A stretch of 52,618 bases of DNA from Candidatus Latescibacterota bacterium (GCA_029547385.1 JAKPPK010000072.1:1-52618), one strand, 5' to 3'. Positions 1 through 10,644 are shown, counted from the stretch's first letter. Notes: generated by a model not told the origin, from the sequence alone. Made by a program: numbers and translations.

Positions 1-1
1 T

Positions 2-961
2 TTCAAAGGGCTGGGTGCCGCCGCCCCGACCAAGGTGTTGAGTAATCATGACATCGAGAAGCTCGTAGATACCAGCGATGAGTGGATTCGGACCAGGACT
101 GGAATAGAGCGAAGGCATGTCGCGGACGACGACACCAATACGTTGACTCTCGCGACTGAAGCGGGCAGAAAAGCGCTTTTCGATGCAGGCGTTGAACCTG
201 AGGAGGTCGACATGATCATCCTTGGGACGCTGACGCCCTACATTGGCTTTCCGGCTACGGCCTGCCTTGTTCAGAACGCGTTGGGTGCCCGCAACGCGGC
301 TGCCGTGGATATCAATGCGGCGTGTTCAGGTTTCCTGTACGGTCTCCACCTCGCGCAAAGCCTCATCTGTAGCGGGGCCAATCGGAACGTGCTACTCATC
401 GGCGCGGAGACGATGTCTCGCATCGTCAACTGGAAGGACAGGAACACGTGCGTCCTTTTTGGCGATGCGGCAGGGGCAGCCCTTCTCGCGCCCTGTGCCG
501 GAAACGAGGAGAGCGCAGGCGTGCTGGGCACGTACATACGCTCGGACGGCGTGCAACCGGAGATGCTCTGTCGTATCGGCGGCGGGACGAAGCCGGTCGC
601 GAAGGAAGAGGAAAACTATCTCCAGATGTCCGGTAAGGATGTCTTCAAACGTGCGGTGACGGCGATGGGTGATGCGGCGGAGCAGATTCTTCGGCAGACG
701 GGCTTCTCCGGGGAAGATATCACGCTGCTCATCCCCCACCAGGCGAATATGCGCATAATCGAGGCTACTGCCAGACGTGTGAATATCCCCATGGACAAGG
801 TCGTAGTGAACATACAGGAGTACGGAAACACCTCTGCGGCCACGATTCCCGTGGCGATGGCCGAGGCCAAAGCCTCGGGGCGGATGCGGAGCGGAGATAT
901 CGTGCTTATGGTTGCGTTTGGCGCCGGAATGACCTGGGGCGCGGCGCTGGCTCGAATGTAG
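2..961 (+). CDS. fabH: 3-oxoacyl-ACP synthase III (FabH), 5' end truncated by the window edge
   Basis: The reading frame is open back to position 2. Motifs seen: DTSDEWIRTRTGIERR, the active-site Cys context NAACSGF, HQANMRI and GNTSAATIP (the Cys-His-Asn triad). It is followed by fabD. Confidence 0.9.
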   Translation, partial: FKGLGAAAPTKVLSNHDIEKLVDTSDEWIRTRTGIERRHVADDDTNTLTLATEAGRKALFDAGVEPEEVDMIILGTLTPYIGFPATACLVQNALGARNAAAVDINAACSGFLYGLHLAQSLICSGANRNVLLIGAETMSRIVNWKDRNTCVLFGDAAGAALLAPCAGNEESAGVLGTYIRSDGVQPEMLCRIGGGTKPVAKEEENYLQMSGKDVFKRAVTAMGDAAEQILRQTGFSGEDITLLIPHQANMRIIEATARRVNIPMDKVVVNIQEYGNTSAATIPVAMAEAKASGRMRSGDIVLMVAFGAGMTWGAALARM

Positions 962-972
962 GTACGGAACAG

Positions 973-1890
973 ATGGGGATTGCGTTCCTTTTTCCCGGCC
1001 AAGGCTCCCAATACGTGGGAATGGGTGCGGATCTCTTTGCGGAGTTCCCCGCGGCGCGGCGGACGTATGAGGACGCGGACGCCCTTCTGGGGTGGCCGGT
1101 GACATCGACCAGCTTCGCGGGCCCTGCGGAGACACTGAACGACACCCGGTATACCCAGCCCGCGGTGTTTGTCCATAGCATGGCCGTGTTCGAGATTCTG
1201 CGGCAACATGGTATCCGCCCCGATGTGGTGGCAGGGCACAGCCTCGGCGAATACGCGGCACTGTGCGCCTCGGGCGCGCTGGAGTTCGGGGCGGCGTTGC
1301 GCCTCGTCGCGGCGCGAGCTGCTGCGATGGCCGATGTGGCGTCCCGGAAGCCCGGGACGATGGCCGCAGTGGTAGGACTTGACGAACGCACGGTTGAGAA
1401 AAGTGTCCAGGGCCTACGTGATGTAGTTGTTGCCAACTACAACGCGCCCGACCAGGTCGTGATTTCCGGAGCAGAAGAAGCAGTAGGAAACGCGGGTACC
1501 GCGCTTTCGGAACTGGGTGCCAAGCGGATTGTTCCACTCAAAGTCAGCGGCGCCTTTCACTCGCCGCTGATGGCCGAAGCGGCACGAGTGTTCGCCGATG
1601 CCCTCGAACGCGAGGAAATCTCCACACCGGGAATTCCTGTTATTCCCAACGTTACCGCGAAACGGACAACCGACCCTGAGGAAATCCGGAGTCTGCTGGT
1701 TGAACAAATAACCAGCCCCGTACGTTGGACGGACACGGTTCGCTCCCTGGCATCGTCCGGCTCCGCAAGCTGCTTCGAAGTGGGGCCAGGGAGGGTTTTG
1801 CAGGGCCTTGTGAGACGCATTGCTCCTTCGATCACCACCACCACAGTTGGAACCACAGCAGAAATTCGGGCACTGTTGAAGACCCAATGA
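973..1890 (+). CDS. fabD: malonyl CoA-ACP transacylase
   Basis: FPGQGSQ N-terminus and the GHSLGEY active-site serine motif. 305 aa, located between fabH and fabG. Confidence 0.92.
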   Translation: MGIAFLFPGQGSQYVGMGADLFAEFPAARRTYEDADALLGWPVTSTSFAGPAETLNDTRYTQPAVFVHSMAVFEILRQHGIRPDVVAGHSLGEYAALCASGALEFGAALRLVAARAAAMADVASRKPGTMAAVVGLDERTVEKSVQGLRDVVVANYNAPDQVVISGAEEAVGNAGTALSELGAKRIVPLKVSGAFHSPLMAEAARVFADALEREEISTPGIPVIPNVTAKRTTDPEEIRSLLVEQITSPVRWTDTVRSLASSGSASCFEVGPGRVLQGLVRRIAPSITTTTVGTTAEIRALLKTQ

Positions 1891-1906
1891 CAGGACTCAG
1901 TTCGCG

Positions 1907-2653
1907 ATGTTTGACTTGAACGGTCGAGTTGTGCTTGTTACGGGCGGGTCCGGGGATATCGGTGCTGCTCTGTGCGAAAAATTCGCACTTGCGGGCGCAA
2001 AGGTGGCGATGACGAGCCGAACGGGATCAGCGGGACTTGCCCGTGTGCTGGAAACACTGCGCGCGCATGGTGCGGAAACCCTGCCGATTTCCATGGACGT
2101 TCGACAGCGTTCCGACGTGGAGGCCGGCGTCGCAAAGGTGGTCGAGACATGGGGGCGGCTGGATGTGCTGGTCAATAATGCAGGGATCACGAAGGATACT
2201 CTGCTGCTCCGGATGAATGACCAGCAATGGAACGATGTGCTTGAAACGAACCTCACGAGCGTCTTTCTGTGCACTCAAGCTGCGTTGAAGCCCATGCTGA
2301 AGGCCCGCTGGGGACGTATCATTTCCATTACCTCCATAGTGGGCGAAGTAGGGAATGCGGGACAGGCGAATTACGCCAGTGCGAAAGCGGGTATCATTGG
2401 TTTTACCAAGACCGTCGCCAAAGAATGCGCTTCCCGTAACATTACCGTGAACGCCATTGCCCCCGGATTCATAGAATCCCGGATGACAGACACGATTCCG
2501 GAAAAAGTGAGAACGACGTTGCTTGCCAGTATTCCACTCGGGCGGCCCGGGACGCCGATGGAAGTAGCGGCCGCAGCGGTCTTCCTTGCGTCAGAGGAAG
2601 CATCGTACATTACAGGACACGTCTTGAACGTTGATGGTGGCATCGCGATGTGA
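1907..2653 (+). CDS. fabG: 3-oxoacyl-ACP reductase (SDR family)
   Basis: TGGSGDIG cofactor motif, NNAG, the YASAKAG catalytic Y-x3-K, and a typical C-terminus GHVLNVDGG. Sits within the fab cluster. Confidence 0.92.
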   Translation: MFDLNGRVVLVTGGSGDIGAALCEKFALAGAKVAMTSRTGSAGLARVLETLRAHGAETLPISMDVRQRSDVEAGVAKVVETWGRLDVLVNNAGITKDTLLLRMNDQQWNDVLETNLTSVFLCTQAALKPMLKARWGRIISITSIVGEVGNAGQANYASAKAGIIGFTKTVAKECASRNITVNAIAPGFIESRMTDTIPEKVRTTLLASIPLGRPGTPMEVAAAAVFLASEEASYITGHVLNVDGGIAM

Positions 2654-2778
2654 ACGGATCGGCCAACGGGTCGGTGGGTTCAAACGGAGCGTGCCATCGC
2701 AACGAGTGTTATTTAAAGTACCGCTTGTCAGGGCATCAACCCGCCACACCACGTGCATAGGGCACCAGGAGGTAAAAT

Positions 2779-3015
2779 ATGGCGATTGAAGACAAAGTTC
2801 GCGATCTGGTAGTTGAGCAGTTGGGTGTTGCACCGGAAGAAGTAAAGCCGGAGGCTCGTTTCATAGAGGATCTCGGGGCAGATTCGTTGGATACCGTTGA
2901 ACTCGTCATGGCATTCGAGGACAAATTCGGCGTCGAGATTCCTGACGAAGAGGCGGAAAAACTCGACACGGTAGGCGCCGCGATCGAATACCTGAAAAGC
3001 AAGAACGTGGAGTAG
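2779..3015 (+). CDS. acpP: acyl carrier protein
   Basis: 78 aa with the phosphopantetheine attachment motif [24 protein letters not shown] upstream. Confidence 0.95.
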   Translation: MAIEDKVRDLVVEQLGVAPEEVKPEARFIEDLGADSLDTVELVMAFEDKFGVEIPDEEAEKLDTVGAAIEYLKSKNVE

Positions 3016-3069
3016 TCGGTTCGGCCGCGGGCGACTTGGCTCGCTCGCTTCGCGTGCAAGGAGTTCTTT

Positions 3070-4320
3070 GTGGGCGGCAAAACCCGACGCGTAGTCGTCA
3101 CGGGAATGGGCGCAGTTACCCCGGTAGGTAATTCACTAGAGGAGTACTGGCAGGCTCTTCTCCACGGCAAGAGCGGCGCGGGCTCGATTACGAGGTTCCC
3201 TACCGAGGGGTTCTCGACTACGATCGCGGCGGAAGTGAAAGGGTTCGACCCGACGCAGCGCATCAGCGCAAAAGAAGCGCGGCGAATGGACCTTTTCATT
3301 CAGTACGCGGTGTACGCGGCATCTGAAGCGATCGAGGACGCTGATCTGCGGGTTGACGGGATGGATCCGACGCGGGTCGGGGTGATCGTCGGCTCGGGTA
3401 TCGGCGGTATTTCGACGCTCGAGGCGCAGTACAAAGTCCTGAAAGAACGTGGACCAGGGCGGGTGAGCCCGTTCATGATTCCCATGCTGATTTCGGACAT
3501 GGCCGCCGGAATGATAAGTATCATCTTCGGGCTCAAAGGTCCGAATTATTGCACGGTGTCCGCGTGCGCATCGGCAGCGCATGCACTGGGCGACGCGGTG
3601 TCCGTCCTGCGGAACGGACATGCAGACGTGGTTCTGACCGGCGGAGCGGAAGCTTCCCTGACGGAACTGGCGATGGCCGGATTCTGCGCGGCGCGGGCAC
3701 TTTCCACGCGGAACGATGACCCGGAGCACGCAAGCCGGCCGTTCGACAAGGATCGCGACGGTTTCGTGTGCGGAGAAGGCGCGGGAATACTGGTGCTCGA
3801 AACTCTGGACCACGCGATTGCGAGAGGGGCGAGGATCTACGCGGAGGTGCTCGGCTTCGGGTATTCGGCGGACGCGTACCACATCACGGCACCGCCCGAG
3901 AACGGCGAGGGGATGGCACGGTGCATGGAAAACGCACTTCTGGACGCGGAAATGCCGAAGGAGCGCGTCGGGTACATCAACGCTCACGGGACATCCACGG
4001 AAGTGGGTGACGCAGCCGAAACGGCAGGGATCAAGAACGTCTTTGGAGAGCACGCGTATCGTCTCGCCGTCAGCAGTACAAAATCAATGACGGGGCACCT
4101 TCTCGGGGCAGCCGGCGCAGTCGAATCGATTGCGACGATACTGGCGCTCCACCACGGTGTGTTGCCCCCGACAATCAACCTGTCCACGCCGGACCCCGCG
4201 TGTGATCTTGATTACGTCCCGAACTCCCCACGGGAAAAACGCGTGGACGTGGCGATGAGCAACTCATTCGGTTTCGGGGGACACAACGCGAGTCTCGTGT
4301 TCGGTTCCTGGAAAGACTGA
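3070..4320 (+). CDS. fabF: 3-oxoacyl-ACP synthase II
   Basis: GTG start 6 nt after an AAGGAG RBS. Active-site Cys in [11 protein letters not shown], plus HGTSTEVGD and GHLLGAAG motifs. 416 aa. Confidence 0.93.
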   Translation: MGGKTRRVVVTGMGAVTPVGNSLEEYWQALLHGKSGAGSITRFPTEGFSTTIAAEVKGFDPTQRISAKEARRMDLFIQYAVYAASEAIEDADLRVDGMDPTRVGVIVGSGIGGISTLEAQYKVLKERGPGRVSPFMIPMLISDMAAGMISIIFGLKGPNYCTVSACASAAHALGDAVSVLRNGHADVVLTGGAEASLTELAMAGFCAARALSTRNDDPEHASRPFDKDRDGFVCGEGAGILVLETLDHAIARGARIYAEVLGFGYSADAYHITAPPENGEGMARCMENALLDAEMPKERVGYINAHGTSTEVGDAAETAGIKNVFGEHAYRLAVSSTKSMTGHLLGAAGAVESIATILALHHGVLPPTINLSTPDPACDLDYVPNSPREKRVDVAMSNSFGFGGHNASLVFGSWKD

Positions 4321-4367
4321 TTCGCGTTCCCTGTTTTCCGTGGTTCTCCACAGGTATATGTGTTTCG

Positions 4368-5186
4368 ATGGTCTGGCTAGGTCGGCTTCTGTCACGAAAA
4401 GGCTCTGCAGCGCAACGCACCGGCTCGGCCGGAGGAATTCGCGACCTCGAAGACGCGATCAAGTACACCTTCCGCGACAAAAGTCTTCTCATCGCAGCCC
4501 TGCGACACCGTTCCTACGTTCATTCCAATGGCGATTCGCCGGACGACCCCGTATCACAGGCGAACGAAAGACTTGAATTCCTCGGCGATGCCGTGCTGGG
4601 ATTGCTTGCGACGGAGTTCCTTTACCGGGAATTCCCCGACAAACCCGAGGGGGAACTGACAAAGAGAAAGTCGGTCCTCGTATCGAAAAGCGCACTGGCG
4701 CGTTGCGCGCTGGAAATCCATCTCGATCAGCATGTGTTGTTGAGCAGCGTTGAGGAGGGTATGGGTGGCAGACAGCGCCGCTCCATTCTGGGAGACGCCT
4801 TCGAAGCTCTTGTAGGCGCCATTTACCTCGATGGAGGACTGGAACCGAGCCGGAGCTTCCTGGAAACCACCCTGTTCGTCCATCTACGCGAATATGAGAC
4901 GGAGTCTATCTTCACCAATTACAAAAGTCTCCTTCTGGAGCACGTTCAGGCGGGAGGAGGACGGCCGCCGGAATACATGCTGAGGTCACAATCCGGGCCG
5001 GACCACCAGAAGACTTTCACGGTGGAGGTTGCCATCGGGGGGAAAGTCCTCGGGACCGGAACCGGAACAACGAAGAAGTACGCGCAACAAGAGGCGGCGA
5101 GGCTCGCGTATGAACTTCTGACGCGAAGGGCTTCAAACGGCGGCGACCAGAATACGGATGAACCGTTCCCCGCCACCGGTGTATAA
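4368..5186 (+). CDS. rnc: ribonuclease III
   Basis: RNase III signature ERLEFLGDAVLGL and a C-terminal dsRBD (GPDHQKTFTVEV...KKYAQQEAARLA). The exact start is uncertain because there is an N-terminal extension of about 25 aa. Confidence 0.88.
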   Translation: MVWLGRLLSRKGSAAQRTGSAGGIRDLEDAIKYTFRDKSLLIAALRHRSYVHSNGDSPDDPVSQANERLEFLGDAVLGLLATEFLYREFPDKPEGELTKRKSVLVSKSALARCALEIHLDQHVLLSSVEEGMGGRQRRSILGDAFEALVGAIYLDGGLEPSRSFLETTLFVHLREYETESIFTNYKSLLLEHVQAGGGRPPEYMLRSQSGPDHQKTFTVEVAIGGKVLGTGTGTTKKYAQQEAARLAYELLTRRASNGGDQNTDEPFPATGV

Positions 5187-6040
5187 TGAACGCGGACAAA
5201 GAATGTTGGCGTCTCATCGTAACGCCCCCCGCGCCAGCAGCGTGGAATATGGCCTGCGATGAGGTTCTCTTCCAACTTGTATCGAACGCCCCCTGGGCGG
5301 CGATTCTCCGTTTTTACGAGTGGAAGCCGTACGCCGTTTCGGTGGGGCGTTCCCAGTCCCCGCAGAAAGAAATCGAACTGAACGCGTTGCGACGCGACGG
5401 GTATGATTGTGTTCGCAGAATCACCGGTGGCCGCGCGGTTTTTCACGTGGAAGAGCTGACCTATTCCGTCGTTTGTGCGCGGGAACATCCCCTGGCCACC
5501 GGGGGCATCCACGCGACCTACGAACGAACCAGCGAAGCGCTTGCACGTGGGTTACGCCTTGCAGGAATTCGCGCAGAAGTGGCCCGCGTGACGCAGCATC
5601 TGTCGCCCGGCTCCCCTGGCCAAAGCGCTCCGCCATGTTTCGGGAGTGTCGCGCGCTCGGAAATCGTCGTCGACGGGCGCAAACTCGTAGGCTCTGCCCA
5701 GTACCGTTCATCCACGGCTGTGCTGCAGCATGGTTCGATCCTGACAGGGACGGCACACAGACGAATCCTCGAATACCTGCGCGTGGAAGAAGACGTTCGA
5801 CAGCGGTATCTCCGAAATCTGGAAGTCGGTACGACTTGCCTGTGGGAACTGGGATGGCGCGGCACCACTGATGATTTGATCCGCGCGCTTGCCGACGGGT
5901 TTTCGGGGCACTTTGGCGTCGTGTGGGAATCAAGCCAAGGCCTTACGCCGCACGAGATGAGCCTGATTGATACGAGAGTGCATGAGCGGAATAGTCGAGA
6001 AAACTGGAATCCTGGTGATACGGACGGAGGACAAGGATGA
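5186..6040 (+). CDS. lipoate-protein ligase / octanoyltransferase (BPL/LPL catalytic domain only, LipM/LplA-like)
   Basis: 284 aa. The motif PPCFGSVARSEIVVDGRKLVGSAQYR...LQHGSIL holds the conserved Lys, with a Cys about 15 residues upstream. No LplA C-terminal accessory domain. The start ATG shares one nucleotide with the rnc stop (TAATG). Confidence 0.7.
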   Translation: MNADKECWRLIVTPPAPAAWNMACDEVLFQLVSNAPWAAILRFYEWKPYAVSVGRSQSPQKEIELNALRRDGYDCVRRITGGRAVFHVEELTYSVVCAREHPLATGGIHATYERTSEALARGLRLAGIRAEVARVTQHLSPGSPGQSAPPCFGSVARSEIVVDGRKLVGSAQYRSSTAVLQHGSILTGTAHRRILEYLRVEEDVRQRYLRNLEVGTTCLWELGWRGTTDDLIRALADGFSGHFGVVWESSQGLTPHEMSLIDTRVHERNSRENWNPGDTDGGQG

Positions 6041-7482
6041 GACCCTGGAACGATACGGCATGGAAAAACTCGATGCGGGTACGCCTCGCAATGGCGAATG
6101 TCTTTGAAGAAGCGGTGGGATCGGAGGGTGGTATAGCCCGTGCCCGGCTGGAAAGCCTTTACGACAGGCTCAGGGCGATTCAGCGCGAGATTGCAGTGAA
6201 ACGAGAAGCAGGTGCGCTGCCGTTCCTCGATCTTCCGAAGCACGATGTTTCCGCTATCCTCGCGTGCGTGGAGCAGAATCGCCCGAAGTTCGAGACGTTC
6301 GTGGTTCTCGGTATCGGTGGATCAGCTCTGGGCAATATTGCCTGCCACACGGCGCTCCGGCACCCGTACCACAATTTCCTGCCCGCGGATCGCCGGGGCG
6401 GCATGAGAATCGAGGTTGCAGACAATATCGATCCCGATCGTATCGCCGGCTTGTTCGATACGCTGGATCTGCCCCGAACGCTTTTCAATGTCATCACGAA
6501 ATCGGGAAGCACCGCAGAGACGGCAAGCACATTCCTGGTCGTCAAGAAACTGCTGCACGATCACCCGCGAATCGGCCCGGGATGGCGGGAACATGTGATC
6601 GTGACAACCGACCCGGTCGCGGGGGATCTCCGGAAGTTTGCGTCGCGCGAGGGCCTTGTATCCTTCGGCATACCACGGGGAGTTGGAGGCAGATTCAGCG
6701 TTCTCACACCGGTGGGATTGCTTTCCGCCGCGATGAGCGGAATCGATATCGAGGAACTGCTTGCCGGGGCGGCTGACGCGGCCGAGTACCACGCCAGCGT
6801 ACCCGCCGAGAAATGCCCGGCATTCGCAGGTGCCGCACTGCACTACCTGATGTACAACCATCCCCGTGCCCCAAAACGACTGGCAGTCATGATGCCGTAT
6901 TCCCACGCCCTGAAGGATGTCGCCGACTGGTTTCGGCAGCTCTGGGCGGAAAGCCTTGGCAAAGAGAAGGCACTCGATGGAACTGTCGTGAACGTGGGTC
7001 CAACCCCCATAAAGGCGCTTGGCGTGACGGACCAGCACTCGCAGGTGCAGCTTTATATCGAAGGTCCGAACGACAAACTGTTCACGTTCGTGGAAACCGA
7101 AACGTTCCAGAACGATCTCGTTCTGCCGTCGGACAACGACCTTTCTGACTTGGGAGCCTTCAATTACTTCGCCGGCAAAACGCTCGGCCAGTTGCTTCAC
7201 GCGGAGCAGAAGGCAACGACCCTTGCTTTGACAAGGCGTCACCGACCGAACCTGACCATCTCGATGCGGGAGGTTCGACCGTACACAGTAGGCCAGCTGT
7301 TCATGCTTCTGGAGATTCAGACGGTTGTTGCGGGGGCGCTGTTTGGAATCAACCCGTTTGACCAACCCGGTGTGGAGGCGGGCAAAGTTGCCACCTACGC
7401 GCTCATGGATCGGCCCGGATACGAAAACGAGAAGAACGCCATAGAGCAGGAGATTTCAACAGGAGCGGAGTGGGTGCTGTGA
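6037..7482 (+). CDS. pgi: glucose-6-phosphate isomerase (short bacterial/archaeal type)
   Basis: SIS-domain motifs VLGIGGSALG and ITKSGSTAET, plus DQHSQVQLYIEGP. The ATGA overlap with the upstream gene is the annotated start. Internal ATGs at about 6073 and 6091 are alternatives. Confidence 0.85.
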   Translation: MRPWNDTAWKNSMRVRLAMANVFEEAVGSEGGIARARLESLYDRLRAIQREIAVKREAGALPFLDLPKHDVSAILACVEQNRPKFETFVVLGIGGSALGNIACHTALRHPYHNFLPADRRGGMRIEVADNIDPDRIAGLFDTLDLPRTLFNVITKSGSTAETASTFLVVKKLLHDHPRIGPGWREHVIVTTDPVAGDLRKFASREGLVSFGIPRGVGGRFSVLTPVGLLSAAMSGIDIEELLAGAADAAEYHASVPAEKCPAFAGAALHYLMYNHPRAPKRLAVMMPYSHALKDVADWFRQLWAESLGKEKALDGTVVNVGPTPIKALGVTDQHSQVQLYIEGPNDKLFTFVETETFQNDLVLPSDNDLSDLGAFNYFAGKTLGQLLHAEQKATTLALTRRHRPNLTISMREVRPYTVGQLFMLLEIQTVVAGALFGINPFDQPGVEAGKVATYALMDRPGYENEKNAIEQEISTGAEWVL

Positions 7483-7563
7483 CGTGCGGTCTTAGAGGTT
7501 CATTCTCCGCCGCGGAAAACGCACTCAGAACGCACACACGGTGCGTGGTCTTCTGGCTGAAAT

Positions 7564-8652
7564 CTACGTGGCATAGAACCAGGAATAATCAACTTTGCGA
7601 ATGCGGAGAGTGTTGAGAATACTGCCCGTCGCCTTCGACCCCGCGCAATAGGCTAACAGACAGGCGTTTGGGAGCATGTATATGGCGGTGTAGCAGTACC
7701 CGCTTTCCGGGTCGCTTTCGAGAAGCCGATGATGCGCCCACGTTCGTCCCTCATCCTCGCTTATCGCGCTTACCAAAGGGGTTCGAGCGCTGGGGCTGCT
7801 GGGCCGCACCTGTGATGCGAATCTCGGGGATTTGTCGTTCCAGATTGCGAGCAGATGCCCGTTCTTGCCCGGCTCGGAAGGAGGGAGTCGTTTCATGGAA
7901 AGGGGCGAATTTGGCGAAATGAATTGAGATGGTTCAGGTGGGGACCACGTGTCTCCGCCATCCCGTGATACGGTTGACCACTGGTACCCCGTGTCCGTCC
8001 GGCAGTAGCCGTACAGCTGCCCATTCGTGAGTTCCACGCACCCGGGTTCCTGCAACCCGCTATTGCCGGGCACGGGCAGGGCCCACCAGGATTTGCTTTC
8101 CCGCCATGTGGCTCCCGCATCATCTGATAGGAAGGCCAGCATGATGCCCCGCGAATCCACGGCTTTCCACGACGTGTCGGTGATAGTTTTCCGCCGGTGA
8201 AACGCCGCAGGTATGACAATCCGCCCCGATTTGAGCTGCACGACGCGGTCGTTGTTCACCACGTAATATCCTGGCGTGGGGATCACGTTGATTGGAGCAC
8301 TCCATGTACCCCCTTCGTCATTTGACGTTCTCATACAGGGACGGCAATCGTTTTCAGAGCTCTTGACGAGGTAGAAAAGAGCGATTCTGCCGTCCTGAAG
8401 GCGAAGGAGGGAAACGCTCATCACGTTGATCCCGCCGGTGTTCCTGACTATGATTTGCGGGTCGCTCGACCAGGTTTCTCCGCCATCGTGTGAGTAGATC
8501 GCGGCGATGTCGGCGCTCCCAAAATCGCTGCCGGAAGTGGTGAATCGGCTGTAGGCGAACAAAATCGTTCCGTCCGCTAACGTAACGAAACTGCCTTCGG
8601 AGTTTCTCGGATTTTCGTTGCCGGGGTCAAGTTGATGGACTATTCTGTTCAA
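7564..8652 (-). CDS. BNR/Asp-box repeat sialidase-like glycoside hydrolase, no signal peptide
   Basis: Five S-x-D-x-G-x-T-W Asp-box repeats: SHDGGETW, SNDEGGTW, SDDAGATW, SRDGGDTW, SEDEGRTW. 362 aa. The N-terminus is not hydrophobic. Confidence 0.7.
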   Translation of the reverse strand: MNRIVHQLDPGNENPRNSEGSFVTLADGTILFAYSRFTTSGSDFGSADIAAIYSHDGGETWSSDPQIIVRNTGGINVMSVSLLRLQDGRIALFYLVKSSENDCRPCMRTSNDEGGTWSAPINVIPTPGYYVVNNDRVVQLKSGRIVIPAAFHRRKTITDTSWKAVDSRGIMLAFLSDDAGATWRESKSWWALPVPGNSGLQEPGCVELTNGQLYGYCRTDTGYQWSTVSRDGGDTWSPPEPSQFISPNSPLSMKRLPPSEPGKNGHLLAIWNDKSPRFASQVRPSSPSARTPLVSAISEDEGRTWAHHRLLESDPESGYCYTAIYMLPNACLLAYCAGSKATGSILNTLRIRKVDYSWFYAT

Positions 8653-8688
8653 AGCCCGAGCTCCTTTGGTGTATGAGATTGCGGCACG

Positions 8689-10644
8689 TCAACCGGGCGT
8701 GGTGCTGATTTTCCGGACTCCTGGTTCTCCCCACATGATTGCCCACGTTTCTTTCCCGGCATCAAGGGCGTGGATTTTCAGCCCTCGGTAGATCCGTTCA
8801 ACCTCAATTGCCGGAGGCATCAAAGGGCCGCGGGTTACCCGCATGGCCACCGCGAAGGTTGCCTGACGGGCTCGTACAAGGTTGCTGAACGTCAGGGTCT
8901 GGCAGGTGGGATTCGCCTGAGTACTCGTCGCCGGGTAAGACGCCGCAAGTTGGCTCACTTCGGCGAGGAGGCCGTTCTCCTCTCCCGGCAACAGACACCG
9001 AATTGAGAGCGAAGCTGAGCCGTCCGACGTCGTCAGGGACCACTCTTTGATGGAGTTTCCACGCACGGGAACTTCCGGCACCACCACCCGCCAGCCGAAC
9101 CTGCATCTCGAAGGAGACGCGAGGTCATCAACGACAACGATCGTGTCGGGACGGATCAACAGCACATAGCGCACAAACCGGGCTGCGTTCGGATATGCGC
9201 TCGTTGCGTCTATCGTGGCATACGCGTAGTCGTCGCCATCCGCGCACGCGACAACAACTGCATCACGGCCTTCGCCGTACTGCTGCCCTTGCCCATCCAT
9301 GAGGATCGTGCTGTGACACTCCGTTGCCAATCCCGGAAAGTCCCAGCGGGCGCCGTCGGGGAAATCGAGATCAAAAAAACCTAGGGAATGCGCGTAAGGC
9401 CAATGGCCTGCGTCCGCGACAAGACAGTGTCTGCCACAGTTAATGACAAACGATCCCATGTCGAGATGGGAATGGTTTGCGGTCGTTTTGCCGGCTTTCA
9501 GGCCGACGATCACATCGTCATCCGCCCACCCGGAACGAATGACGGCTACTTGCGTTCCGCGAAAGTGTTTTGCACGGGGAAGCGACGCCAAATCTGAAGC
9601 CTGCAGGGAAGGGTCTTCCCAAAAGAGCGACTCGATGGACGGCGCCGCCGGGAACTTGCGCACGTACGCCTGCCAGTCGCTGCGTTGCCTGGCGGCTGCC
9701 AACCTCGCCATCAATGCGGCGGCGTTCACGCGATCACCGCAGTCTCCCCAGTTGTGCACGCGACCGTCCGGCCAGGTTTCATACAGGCAGAAGTCGCCCG
9801 TCTTTCCGATATAGGGGTGTGTGAACAAATCCACCCTTCCCTCAGTTATACGCTGAAGCACATCCATGAACTGAACGGCCTCACCGATACCGTAGCTCCA
9901 GTAGGACACCCCTTCGTACCACCCGCCATCCTCGTCGCCCTGGTCGAGAACCGTGAGGACGCCTATCACGGAATGTTTTAGCGCCCGCTTCACCATGTCT
10001 GTCGGCAGGGTGTCGCGTACAGCAATCGCCGCGATTCCGAATGCGCCGTCAATGACGGATCGCCAGTTGTGCAGGCTGTACGTCCACCATTCCCCGTGTG
10101 AATCATGGATTGCAACAAAGGGCAGAACGCCGCGATCTTGCAGGCAGTTTGCGATAGTGGCTTTCTGATCCGGTTGGAGCCAATCAGACATCCTGTCAAG
10201 CACATTGCTCAAAGCCTGGACCGCAGCCGCGCTCTTCAGGTCTATCGTCAAGGGAAGGTGTTCGTCGGCAACCCATCGGGGCCATTCCATGATCGCAAGG
10301 GAGATTTCCCACGCACGCCGCGCCGCTCGCTCATCCAGCGACAATAACCACCAGTTCGCGCACGCGGTGGCCCGGCCGATAAGGGTTCCGACCGCCCGCA
10401 GACCTTTGTCCGGCGAAGGGATTTCCGCTTCGAGCGCTGATTCTGCGGCTTTTCTGTATTGCTCAATCGTCCCCGGGAATGCGGAAAGCCTTTCCCGAAC
10501 GATGTTTCGATCGCCCGCCGGTTGGTACAGGTGCGGACGCACGACTTCTCGAGACGGTTGCCAGGCCTCGAGCGCTTCCAGCCAGGGCTTCCAGGTTTCT
10601 TTGATTACCCCGAACGGAGTAGTGGGGAGTGCGGGAATGGGCAC
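8689..10644 (-). CDS. heparinase II/III-like polysaccharide lyase family protein
   Basis: 651 aa. The motif ANHSHLDMGSFVI is typical of the heparinase II/III C-terminal domain, and the N-terminal half is alpha-helical, toroid-like. No signal peptide. Confidence 0.6.
   Translation of the reverse strand: MPIPALPTTPFGVIKETWKPWLEALEAWQPSREVVRPHLYQPAGDRNIVRERLSAFPGTIEQYRKAAESALEAEIPSPDKGLRAVGTLIGRATACANWWLLSLDERAARRAWEISLAIMEWPRWVADEHLPLTIDLKSAAAVQALSNVLDRMSDWLQPDQKATIANCLQDRGVLPFVAIHDSHGEWWTYSLHNWRSVIDGAFGIAAIAVRDTLPTDMVKRALKHSVIGVLTVLDQGDEDGGWYEGVSYWSYGIGEAVQFMDVLQRITEGRVDLFTHPYIGKTGDFCLYETWPDGRVHNWGDCGDRVNAAALMARLAAARQRSDWQAYVRKFPAAPSIESLFWEDPSLQASDLASLPRAKHFRGTQVAVIRSGWADDDVIVGLKAGKTTANHSHLDMGSFVINCGRHCLVADAGHWPYAHSLGFFDLDFPDGARWDFPGLATECHSTILMDGQGQQYGEGRDAVVVACADGDDYAYATIDATSAYPNAARFVRYVLLIRPDTIVVVDDLASPSRCRFGWRVVVPEVPVRGNSIKEWSLTTSDGSASLSIRCLLPGEENGLLAEVSQLAASYPATSTQANPTCQTLTFSNLVRARQATFAVAMRVTRGPLMPPAIEVERIYRGLKIHALDAGKETWAIMWGEPGVRKISTTPG

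Noticed and set aside
392-1537. 381-aa minus-strand ORF overlapping fabH and fabD
   Set aside because: It lies antisense to two genes with unmistakable catalytic motifs. The translation is Arg/Pro/Ser/Gly-rich low-complexity sequence, typical of shadow ORFs in high-GC DNA.
7526-7555. Imperfect hairpin (ACGCAC-ACACG-GTGCGT within CAGAA...TTCTG) at the convergent pgi / BNR junction, considered as a bidirectional terminator
   Set aside because: The core stem is only 6 bp, it has an internal bulge, and there is no U-tract on either strand. That is too weak to annotate.
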